NCBI GenBank assembly: GCA_963796965.1
Contig: CAWCNS010000009.1
Span: 256,001-320,000, forward strand
DNA length: 64,000 nucleotides
Origin: Calditrichia bacterium
GTDB taxonomy: Bacteria; Calditrichota; Calditrichia; JAJRVZ01
Direction of reading: 5' to 3'
Positions 42,991 through 54,617 of the stretch are shown here, piece by piece (within the stretch, counting starts at the first letter, position 1; each line of letters opens with the position of its first letter). The position numbers and the translations under genes are program-made. The notes beneath the pieces are model-generated. The model saw only the letters and a program-made list of their open reading frames with translations. It had not been told where the DNA came from and did not search any database.

Positions 42991-44517
42991 ATGATAATGG
43001 CAGATACGCAAAATCAACTATTAGTATCTCAGGCGGCGCTTCGTATTGCAAAATTACTTAACCAAACGGATGGCATCGATTCGGCCATCAACATGATGAT
43101 GAGTGAATTCATTGATCTGGTCAGAGCCGATGAAGGCTCTATTCAACTTTTGCGCCCCTATAGTGACACCACACATTACACTTTAATTAGAAATCATGAT
43201 AGTGAAAAGACGGTTTTAGATTCTCGTCTGGATGATTTTTTAGTTGGTTGTGTGATGCGAAACAATAAAGCCTTATTGTCCCATGATATAGTTTCCCTGA
43301 TCGGGCTGCAAAACATACCTCATGAGTACAAGATAATACAATCTGTTTTGGCCGTGCCGATGTTATCCAATGGCAGTCTAAGTGGCGTGATTAATCTGAT
43401 CCGTAAAACGAATGGCCCAGGTTTTAATCAGGCTGATCAGGAAATGATACTTGAACTTGCCAAACAGATCGAACCTTTTATAGAAAATGCCGCCTTACAA
43501 CAGAAGCTCTTTGCCGAGAAATTACGCCTTCAAAAAAATCTTGAAGAGCGGTTTTCAGTCCATGGGATCATTGGCAAAAGTCCTTCTTTTAAGGTGGTCT
43601 ATGAGTTGCTGGAGCAAATTATCCCAACAGATGCGCGGGTTGTTATATGTGGTGAAAGCGGTACGGGTAAAGAATTGATTGCCAAATGCATTCATTATGC
43701 CGGTGCACGTAAAGATCATCCTTTTGTGGCAGTTGATTGCGGGGCTCTGCCTGCCAATTTGCTGGAAAGTGAATTATTTGGATATGTAAAAGGTGCGTTT
43801 ACCGGGGCCGTAAAAGACCGCCAGGGTTTAATTGAGGAAGCCCATAACGGCACCCTGTTTATGGATGAGTTTACCAATATGAATCTCGAAACCCAGGCTA
43901 AATTGTTACGCGTAATTCAGGAAGAAGAAATTCGCCCCATAGGATCTAACCAAACCAAAAAAGTCAATGTCAGAATCCTTGTGGCGGCAACCGATGATCT
44001 GACGGATAAAGTAGACTCCGGAGAAATCCGATCAGATCTGTATTACCGTCTCAATGTCATCTCTGTTTCACTGCCTCCCTTACGCCAACGGGTGGAAGAT
44101 ATTCCGGCCCTGTCCGATTCATTTATTGCCAACTTTTCTGCAAAGCATGGGAAAAAAGTTCAGCGTATATCACCGCAGGCCTTACAAATTCTTGAGCATT
44201 ATACCTGGCCAGGCAACATTCGTGAGTTGGAAAATGTGATTGAAAGGGCATTAGTTTTAATGCATTTTGATGAAACGATCTTGCAACCTAAACACCTGCC
44301 CAGAGAGCTACTATCCCCGGAATCCCTAAGTAATCAAACTGAGATTCCTACGACCGGTGATTTAGCACAGTTGATAGATGATTATGAGCGGAAGATTCTT
44401 AAGGCCGCATTAATCAAACACAATTGGAAAAAAGCCGCTGTTGCCAAAGAGCTTAATACAACCGATCCGGTTATTCGATATAAAATGAAACGGCTAAACA
44501 TAACCCGGCCGAAATAA
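42991..44517 (+). CDS. GAF-domain sigma54-dependent enhancer-binding activator (NifA/FhlA architecture)
   Basis: N-terminal GAF (SVLAVPM..GVINL), [46 protein letters not shown]-terminal Fis-type HTH. Confidence 0.93.
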   Translation: MIMADTQNQLLVSQAALRIAKLLNQTDGIDSAINMMMSEFIDLVRADEGSIQLLRPYSDTTHYTLIRNHDSEKTVLDSRLDDFLVGCVMRNNKALLSHDIVSLIGLQNIPHEYKIIQSVLAVPMLSNGSLSGVINLIRKTNGPGFNQADQEMILELAKQIEPFIENAALQQKLFAEKLRLQKNLEERFSVHGIIGKSPSFKVVYELLEQIIPTDARVVICGESGTGKELIAKCIHYAGARKDHPFVAVDCGALPANLLESELFGYVKGAFTGAVKDRQGLIEEAHNGTLFMDEFTNMNLETQAKLLRVIQEEEIRPIGSNQTKKVNVRILVAATDDLTDKVDSGEIRSDLYYRLNVISVSLPPLRQRVEDIPALSDSFIANFSAKHGKKVQRISPQALQILEHYTWPGNIRELENVIERALVLMHFDETILQPKHLPRELLSPESLSNQTEIPTTGDLAQLIDDYERKILKAALIKHNWKKAAVAKELNTTDPVIRYKMKRLNITRPK

Positions 44518-44777
44518 TGATAATTCAATACATATTGTAATGGCCGCTCGCGAACGGCTATTACTGCATACGGTCGTATTTATATATGTCAATATAATGA
44601 CAGAATTAATTGCATCTCTGCAAAATCAGATGTTGTGTCATGCTGAACTTGCCTGTCCTGAACCTGTTTCAGGGATTCAGTATCTCAAGATATCCTTTGT
44701 TGTCTCATCATAGCATTCTGACTAAGTCACCTCCCAGGTAAAAATTCTATTAGAATAATTAATGCTATGCATATTCG

Positions 44778-44821
44778 AAACCATAAATATTTTTGTATTT
44801 AACCAAAAATATTTATGGTTT
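44778..44821. promoter_or_regulatory. Perfect 18-bp inverted repeat, candidate upstream activator sequence
   Basis: AAACCATAAATATTTTTG-tatttaac-CAAAAATATTTATGGTTT, about 100-140 bp upstream of a -24/-12-like element. Confidence 0.6.
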
Positions 44822-44915
44822 TTAAACAAAGCCCTACCTTTTACTAAACAGAGCGAACTGACCTAACATATTAATAATTAAAAGGTTCATGCCTCTCATT
44901 TCAATTGATATTTCA

Positions 44916-44932
44916 TCGGCACAGTTTTTGTT
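44916..44932 (+). promoter_or_regulatory. Candidate sigma54 (-24/-12) promoter
   Basis: TCGGCACAGTTTTTGTT: GG-N10-GT against the consensus TGGCAC-N5-TTGC. Confidence 0.55.
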
Positions 44933-45060
44933 ATATAGTTTATTATGCCAACTTATCGCTCCAACTTCGTAATTATTTTCTCTTTATTATTCTAAATTTT
45001 TTGCCGGGGAATTTGCCGAGGTTCGGAAGATGATATTATTGCGCTGAACCAAAACGGTTG

Positions 45061-45219
45061 GTTAATGTTTTGTATTTGGTGATTAGTAATTTGGAATTAT
45101 TTATGATTTAGTACTTAGAATTTCGGATTTATCAACATTGCCCTGTAGGGGCAAAATATTAGTAGCCGCGGGCAACGCCCGCGGTATGAGGAGCACCAAA
45201 ATCTGAAACCCTGTAGGGG
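45061..45219 (+). repeat. ~159-bp direct repeat, copy 1 (heptamer tract + GTAG-type REP)
   Basis: Near-identical to 47809-47966; the REP half occurs a third time at ~48157-48238. Confidence 0.9.
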
Positions 45220-45270
45220 GATGTTACATCTAGAATAGTGATTTATACCATAATTCTAAAGGAGGTTGTT

Positions 45271-47795
45271 ATGAAATGTTTTCTAATACTATTTGTATTC
45301 CTGCTATTAATCGGGTTGAATTCCCCATCTTCTGCCCAGACCGTTTGTACAAAATACCCACAAAATCCGATCATGATCAAATGCCCATCCGATTCCTGGG
45401 AGGATGAGGGGGTTGTAATGCCTATAGTAATCCATGATGGGGGATTATATAAAATGTGGTACGCAGGTTTGGATGGTACCCATTGGAATATCGGGTATGC
45501 CACCTCAGCAAATGGTATCGATTGGACGAGATATGCTGAAAATCCTGTGATACAAGTGGGGGAATCGGTACCTGGGATGATGAAGTTGTTGGACCCGGTC
45601 CTGTTCTTTACGATGGTGAAACATATAAAATGTGGTTCTTAGGTGTGAATGGTTCAATGATACAGACTGGATATGCAACTTCCTCCGACGGCATTAATTG
45701 GACAAAAAATGAAACTCCTGTTTTGACACCTGGAGATGCCGGTAACCTGGGATGATGAACGTGTCGTTGCGCGAACGGTTATATTTGAAGATGATATGTA
45801 TAAAATGTGGTTCCATGGCCAAATGAGCAAAAAAGACAAATTGGATACGCGACTTCGCCGGATGGCATTAACTGGACAAAGCATGAGAATAATCCTAGTC
45901 TTAGAAACAGGGCCCAATGGAGTCATGGGATGATCAGCAATCGGGCATCCTGTGGTTATTTCTGGTCCAGATAAGGCCTATTCCAAATGTGGTATGTTGC
46001 AAGTCACAACTACTTTTGGAGAACCTGCTTTGCTACATCAGTTGATGGGATCACCTGGGAGAAATTTAAACATAATCCCGTTATTGATGTCGGAATATAT
46101 CCTGATTGGGATTTTAAAGAATTCTGGCCATCGACAGTTATTTTTGAAGATTCCGTCTACAAAATGTGGTGTTCCGGACTCCAGGATAACTATGCCATCG
46201 GATATGCGACGGCTGCTGTAACCATACATGTGCCTTCTGATCAGACCACTATTCAGGCGGGGATTGATTCTGCCAAAGATGGCGAAGTGGTTCTGGTTGA
46301 CGAAGGGACCTATTATGAAAATATCAATTTTAAAGGGAAAAAAATAACGGTGGCCAGTATTACCTGGTTGATCAGGATACAAGCCATATCTCCGAAACGA
46401 TTATTGACGGCAGCCAGCATCAGAATCCCGATAGCGGATCCGTCGTCTATTTTGATATCCGGAGAAGACACCAATTCAGTTCTTTGTGGTTTTACCATAA
46501 CCGGTGGTTCTGGGACGAAAAACATTTGGGAAGAAAATGAAATGCGGACCGGGGGTGGAATCTCTATATGGAATTCCGGTGCAAAAATAATAAAAAATTA
46601 TATTATCAATAATAAGATTGACCTGGTCCAGACAAATATTTATTGCCACGGTGGCGGGATGGACATTTTCGGGTTTCAAGATCAAACCATATATATTTCA
46701 GAAAATATCATCCGAAATAATAGCGTAAACTCCTGGTGGGGTGGCGGAGCCGGCATCGTCATGGGGACAGCCGGAAATCTCCTATTTGATAAAAATATCG
46801 TTGCTAACAATACTTTCACTTCTCAAAACCTTGGTGGGGGGGGTGGATTTTATATTTGGGCTGATGATGAGTTTAATGGTATGATCACCCTCAAGGAAAA
46901 TTTTATTTATGGAAATTCGGTAACAGGTGGTTCGCATGGAAATGGTGGCGGAATTTACTTAGAGAATAGTTCAACTCTATTCTTCAACAATGTTATTTTT
47001 AATAACATCAGCAACAGCGGGGGTGGCGGTGTTTATCTTTATACCCTAGCAAGTTTTGGTGCCATTGCAAAGCCGCAGTTGATCAATAATACTATCACAG
47101 AGAACGCTTCCCAGTATGGGGGCGGTATCTATAATCGTTCTTCTAATACAACAGTGATAAATACCATTCTCTGGGAAAATGAGGCTTCTGCATCAGCCAC
47201 TTCTGGAGAAATTATGGATCTTTCCGGATATGCTAAGTTATCCCATTGTCTGGTAAAAGGTGGCTGGCAACATAACGCAGATCATATACTTGACCTGGAT
47301 CCGCTATTTGTTGATTATGAAAATGGGGATTTTCATTTGACCGAATATTCTCCCTGCGTCGGCAACGGTACCGATTCAATTAAGATCGATGGTGTTATGT
47401 ATATGTCTCCACAGAGCGATTGTGAAGGGAATAAAAGACCATGTGAGATTGATGAATATGTGGATATTGGCGCATTCGAGTCACCCTATGAACAGGTGGC
47501 TGTTAATATTGCCCCAGTTGAAAAATATCCCACAAAATTTACTTTGAAACAAAATTATCCCAATCCCTTCAATCCCACTACAATGATCAATTACCAATTA
47601 CCAATGACCAATTACATAGATCTTTCAATATATAATCTACTCGGGCAAAAAGTGGTGACTTTAGTATCTGAAAAACAGGCGGCGGGAGTCTATCAGGTTA
47701 AGTGGAATGCAAGGGGCTTCGCCAGTGGGGTCTATTACTATAGGCTATCAACTGATAAGTTTGTTGAGACAAAAAAACTGATTCTTTTGCGCTAA
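45271..47795 (+). CDS. Secreted protein: five-bladed-propeller repeats (GH43/GH130-like) + right-handed beta-helix + T9SS-type CTD; several frameshifts in the 5' third
   Basis: AAGGAGG plus ATG 45271, signal peptide, repeated YKMW..G....IGYATS.DGI.W.K...NPV, HVPSDQTTIQAGID, GGG-rich PbH repeats, VDIGAFE, KQNYPNPFNPTT..KKLILLR. Confidence 0.85.
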
Positions 47796-47808
47796 GCCTA
47801 AACTGTTA

Positions 47809-47966
47809 GTTAATGTTTTGTATTTGGTGATTAGTAATTTGGAATTATTTAGGATTTAGTACTTAGAACTTCAGATTTATCAACATTGCCCTGTAGGGGC
47901 AAAATATTTGTAGCCGCGGGCAACGCCCGCGGTATGAGGACACCAAAATCTAAAACCCTGTAGGGG
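47809..47966 (+). repeat. ~158-bp direct repeat, copy 2
   Basis: gttaatgttttgtatttggtgattagtaatttggaattattt...gccctgtaggggcaaaatatttgtagccgcgggcaacgcccgcggtatgagga...accctgtagggg. Confidence 0.9.
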
Positions 47967-48543
47967 TTTAATAGTTTTGAAATTTTGGAATCGAGATACG
48001 GGATAGGAGATTCCTGATTTGGGACACGAGATATGCGTTTCAATTTAAGACTTGCTGCTTGATGTTGGGCTTTTAATAGGGAATGTGAGGTCTCTAATAT
48101 ATGTAATCGCATGAATTGAATATTGAATATTGGAAATTGACTATTGAATATTCTTCTTGCCCTGTAGGGGCAAAATATTTGTAGCCGCGGGCAACGCCCG
48201 CAGTATGAGGAGTACAAAAATCTGAAACCCTGTAGGGGTTTCAGAAATGTGAGGTATTATATTGGGAAGAAATCTCAAATGTTAAAATCCAAATGACAAA
48301 TAAATTCCCAATTTCCAATGCTCAAAAAGAACAAGATTTTAATGAGATTAATCTGTAATTGGATATTGTTTTGGCATTGGGGCTTGGACATTTAGAATTA
48401 GGTACTGTGTTTTTAAATAAATCCTTGAAGATTTAACAAATTACTTTGTGATCTTTGTGTTTACTTTGAGCACTTTGTGGTTAAAGCGACTAATCAATGC
48501 GACATTGCAAAAGAATAAACCAAAATAGTGAAAGGAGATTCAA

Positions 48544-48945
48544 ATGAATTGCTGCTCATGTCTTCATGCACGACAGGCCGGCAATAATGACGTGGTTGGA
48601 TGTTCTTACTGGACGGCTATCTTTCACGGAAATATTGATGCAATGAAAACCGCCTTTGACTTTATCAACAAGAAAGAAAATTATAATATTAATCTGGATA
48701 GTGCATCCATCGATCGGGAAGCTATCGGTTTCCTTATCGATGTTCTCATTGAAGATTATGCACCCAAACCTTTATATGAAGGTTGGGCAAATTTGCAACA
48801 ACCCTATGGTCAAAAAAATAAACTGAGAGACATGACCGATGGCTGCGTGGTCATTAAACCACAGGGTTGTTGTGATTTTTATACTAATCAGTATCATGAT
48901 TCGGAAACATCGAGAGATGTCAGGGCGATGATTTCAACCCGGTAA
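48544..48945 (+). CDS. Hypothetical Cys-rich protein (7 Cys), possibly metal-binding
   Basis: AAAGGAG RBS; CCSCLH...GCSYW...DGCVV..GCCDFY. Confidence 0.65.
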   Translation: MNCCSCLHARQAGNNDVVGCSYWTAIFHGNIDAMKTAFDFINKKENYNINLDSASIDREAIGFLIDVLIEDYAPKPLYEGWANLQQPYGQKNKLRDMTDGCVVIKPQGCCDFYTNQYHDSETSRDVRAMISTR

Positions 48946-49073
48946 ACATTCTGAATAAAGTATTGGTAAATTCAGTTAGACTAGTATCGTTAGCGGGTCC
49001 TTCAACATTCTTGCTAAGTTATAATTAGGCATCCTTTATTATCATAATTTATATACTCTCAGGAATAAAAATT

Positions 49074-51663
49074 ATGATTGGTAAAAAAGTAGCCCATTAT
49101 ACAATCCTCGAACATATTGGCGGCGGTGGTATGGGTGTGGTCTATAAAGCCCGGGACAGCAAACTCAAACGTATCGTTGCCCTTAAGTTTCTACCTCCCG
49201 TCGTTGCTTTAGATCCGGCAACAAAAGAGCGGTTTATTCGGGAGGCCCAGGCCGCCTCGGCGCTCCAGCATAATAATATCTGTGCTATTCATGAGATTAA
49301 TGAAAGCGATGATGGACGGATGTATATTGTCATGGATTATTATGAAGGGGAATCCCTGAAACTGAAGATTGAAAAGGGAAAATTGAAAATTGAAGAAGCG
49401 ATTAAATATATCATTCAGATAGCCCGGGGACTGCAAAAAGCCCATGAGAAAGGTATCATCCACAGAGATATTAAACCGGCCAATATTATTATTTCTGAGA
49501 GTGGAGAAGTAAAGATTTTGGATTTTGGCTTGTCCAAAGTCAAAGGTCAGTCAGAAATAACCAAAACCGCAAGTACGCCCGGTACGATTACCTATATGTC
49601 ACCGGAACAGATATGGGGTGCTCCGATTGATCTAAAGATGGATATCTGGTCATTAGGTGTTGTATTTTATGAATTGATAACCGGTAAACGGCCCTTCCAG
49701 GGAGAGGTTGACCAGGCTATCCTGTATTCAATATCAAAAGAAGATCCCACACCTGCTTCGGCTATTAGAAACGATATTCCAAAACCACTGGAACAGATCA
49801 TTGATAAAATGCTGCAAAAGAATCCGAAAAAACGATATCAGTCTATTGATGAGTTATTACGGGACTTATCAGAAATTAATGAGGGGAAAAATTCAAATAT
49901 TAAATTTGGATCAAGACAAAAAAAACACGTTGATATGGTCTTTTGCCGGATTTTTAATTATCTTTTTTATTTATCTATCATTAATTAAACCATTCTTGGA
50001 TGGCTCACCACCAATCACCCAAATTACTCAGATAATGACATCTCCGGGTATAGAAGGGCCCCCCACTTTCTCTCCAGATAGAAGACAAATCAGCTTACTC
50101 CTTGAAGAGAACTTCACAAAGTCCAAGCCATATCTATACTAAAAAGATCGGTAAAAATGAGGTAAACCAGCTCACAAGTACTCCAAAAAATGATATACAC
50201 CCCGTCTGGTCACCAGATGGACGCTACATTGCATTTACCAGAGAAAAACAAGACCCCTGGCATCAAGAAATTTATCTTATATCTCCTTTAGGAGGCAAAG
50301 AATATAAAGTACATTCAAGAGCATCATTTGGAAAATTGGATTGGTCACCTGATGGGAAAAAATTGGCATTTAACAAAATTGATTCAAATGGATTTTTGGC
50401 AATATCATTATTATCATTGGAGACAGGGGAAACACAATGGTTAACTTCTGTCTCTGCAAGTAAACAGACTTTAAGGGATAAGTATGCATCGTTTTCTCCG
50501 GATGGATCCAGATTAGCATTTGTGCGAGAAGTCGGATATCCCCTGGATTATATTTTTCGGAATTATCATACAGTCTCTTTAGAGGGAGATATTTATATAG
50601 TTACAATAGATAGTGGGAAAATGGATCAACTTACTTTTGATTACAAATATGTTAATGGACTAACATGGACACCTGACGGGAATGAAATAATTTTTAGCTC
50701 TACCCGGGAAGGTTTAGCTAAATTATATAGAATCCAAACTAAAGGAGGATCAATTGAAATTATTCCATCCAGTGATCATGCATATTATCCAGTTATTTCT
50801 CCGGATGGGCGAAGTTTAATTTATCTAGAAAGAGAACCCACAAAACGATATTTGGCGTATTCAGATTCCGAAACCGCTAGGCCTATCAGTTAATCCCTCC
50901 AAAGTCGCGGCCTCACCTGCACATGATGGAAACGTAAATATTTCGCCGGATTGTAAAAATATTGTGTTCGAATCAAATCGTTCGGGACATTTAGAGATAT
51001 GGATATCTGAAAGTGATGGGGAAAATCCTAGTACAATTAACATTTTTAGAAAGTCATTCAAAATCACCAAGGTATTCCCCCAATGGACAGTGGATAGTCT
51101 TTGGCTCTGGGCCTAATAGGAACAATGATATCTTTGTTATATCAGCGGAGGGTGGAGCACCAAAAAGGATAACACATGATCCTTCACTAGACGTTACACC
51201 CTCATGGTCAAATGATGGTAGTTGGATATATTTCGTTTCCAATCGAAGTGGATCGAAGCAGATCTGGAAAACTCCAAAAAATGGGGGGAATGTTATCCAG
51301 GTAACAGAGGATGGCGGTGAAAGGGCTTATGAGTCAAGTGACGGGGAATCGTTATACTACACTACCAAAATTCACTCGGAGATATGGAAGATCCAAGTTA
51401 GAGGGTGGTGGTGTGAAATCATTCATACATGATCTACAGATGCAGACATCAATATTGGACATTTACTAATAGTGGTATTTATTATATTTCCACTGATTCA
51501 CTCTTTAAATTTATTGATTTGCGCACTAAAGAAGACAAGACAATTGTATCCGTTCAAATGGATGGTAATCTTTCTGGTCCAAAATTATCCCCAGATGGTG
51601 AATGGATTTATTTTGATTATAGATCTTGGCAAAATAATATTTTAATGATGGAGAACTGGCGAT
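49074..51663 (+). CDS. Membrane Hanks-type Ser/Thr kinase with extracytoplasmic PD40/TolB-like propeller repeats; about 4 frameshifts
   Basis: GGGGMGVVY, HRDIKPAN, DFG, YMSPEQ; TM in frame 49708..50142; repeated P.(W/F)SPDG..IAF; ends NILMMENWR*. Confidence 0.88.
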
Positions 51664-51726
51664 AATTTTATTATTAACATTCCTTAGGATTTCGGATATG
51701 GTACTCTGTATTTAAATTCGTGTTAC

Positions 51727-52599
51727 CTATAAGCGCGCAATTATCGCCCAAAGATTCCATGCCGCATAGGCTTTAAGATTAGCATTAAGCGGCTGACTAT
51801 GGGCGGAACTACAATTATACCAATCTTCACCTTCCGGATGTGAATTCTGCCATGCAATTGCCCAATTTGCATCTCGCGAACCATCCCCATCACTGTCATA
51901 ATAGCATCCATCATTGGCATTTAATACCATATAGTTTGTATCACCACCGGGATGGTAGGACTCAATTGCTGCAAAATCATAAAGTAATTTATTATTTTCT
52001 CTACAATAGGACCTTATTTGTTCATTACGAATATTAAGATTCCCCTCCTCACCGCTTCCATCAAGATGGCCGGTCATGTAAACAAATTTTACCTCCGGAT
52101 ACTCTGATTCCAATTGTGTCATCAGATTAAAATAGGTAATTATATCTTCTTCTGTAGCCGAACTAACCTGACCACACCAGGACCAGATTATGACATTTAT
52201 ATCCGGATTATTATCCAAATAATTTCTTGTAGCTGCGGCCCAGGCTGTTCGGTCCGGATTTCCAAGATCGCTTGCCCCTGAGAATGGCCTGTCACGGAGA
52301 TCCAGGCCTCCATCTGATCCACCATTATTAAATGAATATAGCATTCCTTTAAAGGTGATTAATCCCTCCATACCAGATATAAGCTGACTTCCATGTGACG
52401 TGTGACCGTAGGCAATATGAAGTTTGCTTTTTGCATTTTCAATATCATCCGAAGAAATGAGAGATAGTTTTGCTTGTGTTTGATCCACTATCACCGATTG
52501 TTTTTTACTTTCCGGTTCGGTACTTGTTTTACATGAATGGAGAAATAAGGCGAGAAAAATCATTAAACAGAAAACGGGGAACAAAATCTGAACTTTCAT
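51727..52599 (-). CDS. Conserved hypothetical lipoprotein (SGNH-like alpha/beta fold suspected)
   Basis: Lipobox LHSC; HIAYGHTSHGSQL, IWSWCGQ, YMTGHLDG, CSSAHSQPLN. Confidence 0.7.
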   Translation of the reverse strand: MKVQILFPVFCLMIFLALFLHSCKTSTEPESKKQSVIVDQTQAKLSLISSDDIENAKSKLHIAYGHTSHGSQLISGMEGLITFKGMLYSFNNGGSDGGLDLRDRPFSGASDLGNPDRTAWAAATRNYLDNNPDINVIIWSWCGQVSSATEEDIITYFNLMTQLESEYPEVKFVYMTGHLDGSGEEGNLNIRNEQIRSYCRENNKLLYDFAAIESYHPGGDTNYMVLNANDGCYYDSDGDGSRDANWAIAWQNSHPEGEDWYNCSSAHSQPLNANLKAYAAWNLWAIIARL

Positions 52600-52863
52600 A
52601 AGACGACTCCTCTGAAGTATCCATGATATTAGATTCGGCAGATTGAATTATTTCTTAATAACACAACATATATATAAATAGGTATTTGATAGTTGGAATT
52701 GTTTAGGATTTAATGTTCAGAAATTAGAATTTATATTCACCGCTATAAAGATCTTGAAACAACCACAACTATATACACCTATTTTTAGACATACATACTT
52801 TTCATTGACAAAACACTATTAATTTCTTATTTTTTTTAAAGTTATCATTAAAGGAGAACCCTT

Positions 52864-53901
52864 TTGGCGTCACCTGCAGAGATAAACCGCTTCCTATCAC
52901 AAAAATTAACGGAGGAAAATCTTGAAGAAATTGATGCCATTTCTGCCGGTCAATGGCTTAATGACGAAGGCCTGTTAAAAGACTCCCTTCAGCGACCCGG
53001 CTTGCCCTTGAGAAAACTTCTACGCGCTGGAAAAATTAACGGATCCTTTCAATATCCAAACCGCCGGTGGGTCATACGCCAATCAAATAAGGAGACGGCT
53101 TATTCCGTCAGGGAAACGGCTACTGAATTAGGATTAACGGAACATGCCATCTATAAAAGGATAGAACGGGGTCTCCTAAAACCGGAAAAATTGGGTGAGA
53201 AAAGTATTGTCATCCCAAAATCTGAAATTATACGGGAACAACAGATACGGAACAATCCAACCAATGCCATTAACAGGGGACAATTTCATGATCCAATCTC
53301 CACCGTAAAACAAAAACTGGTACAGATCCAAGGTGAAATGAACAGTTTAATAAATACACTCAGCGATCTTGAAATGACAACAGGCGAGGTCAATAAAAAT
53401 TCTATTTATAATAATATTACAGAGCTTAAAAAGAATGGTTTTGAAGGTTTTGTAACCATAGAATCCTTTCAACAGGGTAAACTCTCCCATGTTCCGGAAG
53501 AAAAAGGTGTCTATCTCGTACTCTATTTATCAGACAGCAATATTGAATTTATAAAAAAAAGCAGTGCCGGTCATTTTAAGGGAAAAAACCCCACCGTCCA
53601 TATGGATATTTTAGAAAAGAAATGGATTGAGAATACGATTGTTGCCTATATCGGTCAAGCCGGAGGCGGAGATTCGAGCGCAACCTTAAAATCCCGGATC
53701 AGACAGTTAGTGGCCTTTGGAAACGGCAAGCCCATCGGCCATTGGGGGGGACGCTATTTATGGCAAATTAAAGATTCGAAGGATCTGGTAATATGCTGGC
53801 AAGCCTCGTCCAAGCGCGACCCACGTACATTGGAGAATGAACTAATCCGTAACTTCGTCTCACACCATGGCGCATTACCCTTTGCCAATCTAAAGGAATA
53901 G
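52864..53901 (+). CDS. Multidomain protein: unknown N-domain + HTH_17-like DNA-binding domain + coiled coil + GIY-YIG-like nuclease domain
   Basis: AAGGAG plus TTG start; YSVRETATELGLTEHAIYKRIERGLL; KGVYLV...VAYIGQAG..TLKSRIRQ...LENELI..F..HGALPFAN. Confidence 0.7.
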   Translation: MASPAEINRFLSQKLTEENLEEIDAISAGQWLNDEGLLKDSLQRPGLPLRKLLRAGKINGSFQYPNRRWVIRQSNKETAYSVRETATELGLTEHAIYKRIERGLLKPEKLGEKSIVIPKSEIIREQQIRNNPTNAINRGQFHDPISTVKQKLVQIQGEMNSLINTLSDLEMTTGEVNKNSIYNNITELKKNGFEGFVTIESFQQGKLSHVPEEKGVYLVLYLSDSNIEFIKKSSAGHFKGKNPTVHMDILEKKWIENTIVAYIGQAGGGDSSATLKSRIRQLVAFGNGKPIGHWGGRYLWQIKDSKDLVICWQASSKRDPRTLENELIRNFVSHHGALPFANLKE

Positions 53902-54077
53902 TACATTATTCTCTTGTAAATGGGTCCTTTGATATTTAGTTTATTTGAGTCAGGTTCTATGATAAATAGATTCCGAACTAAATTCGGAATGACATTTTTG
54001 TGTAATATTGTCAACACCCAACTTGTCGATTTTTAATAACACGTGATGAATTATTTAGTCTGGTTAGTTGTGTTAAA

Positions 54078-54617
54078 ATGTATGTAAATTCTTATCTATA
54101 TAATTGGTCGTCTTTTTTATTTCTTATTCTGATATTCACTTTATTTGGCTGTCACTTCATGAATGGTATGAATCAAAAAGATGACTCAAAAACTTGTTAT
54201 TTTGCTTCCCCTGCTGAAGCCATTCCAGTTATTAGTGAATTATTACAGAAAAATGATTTCGGAAATTTAGCCCGGTACTATGATCTTTCCAATTCAGATA
54301 TCAGACTATCCGATCTGGAATCCGGTGATTTTTTTATTCGAAAAGAACGCCCTGAGATGGCGCATCCGGCAGATTTTTGGCGCTATAAACATCCCTTCGC
54401 TCCCGGTTTTAAATTTAAAAATGTACAAGCGACAGCCAAAGCAGCTATTTATATTGTAGAGGTTTACATCTCTATTGATCAAGGTTCGGATTCGCCAGAA
54501 CAAATCGGTTTATCGTATTTTTATATGCTTAAATCGGATAAGGGTTGGAGAATATTACCGAATCCGGTAACTTCAGATAAGCTTCAAACAGAGATGCCTA
54601 AATCAATAAATGAATAA
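54078..54617 (+). CDS. Hypothetical lipoprotein
   Basis: Hydrophobic leader ending LFGC; 179-aa open frame. Confidence 0.6.
   Translation: MYVNSYLYNWSSFLFLILIFTLFGCHFMNGMNQKDDSKTCYFASPAEAIPVISELLQKNDFGNLARYYDLSNSDIRLSDLESGDFFIRKERPEMAHPADFWRYKHPFAPGFKFKNVQATAKAAIYIVEVYISIDQGSDSPEQIGLSYFYMLKSDKGWRILPNPVTSDKLQTEMPKSINE

Noticed and set aside
45138..48240. Integron attC sites around the cargo gene
   Set aside because: I see no RYYYAAC/GTTRRRY core pairing and there is no integrase; the palindromes are GTAG-type REPs.
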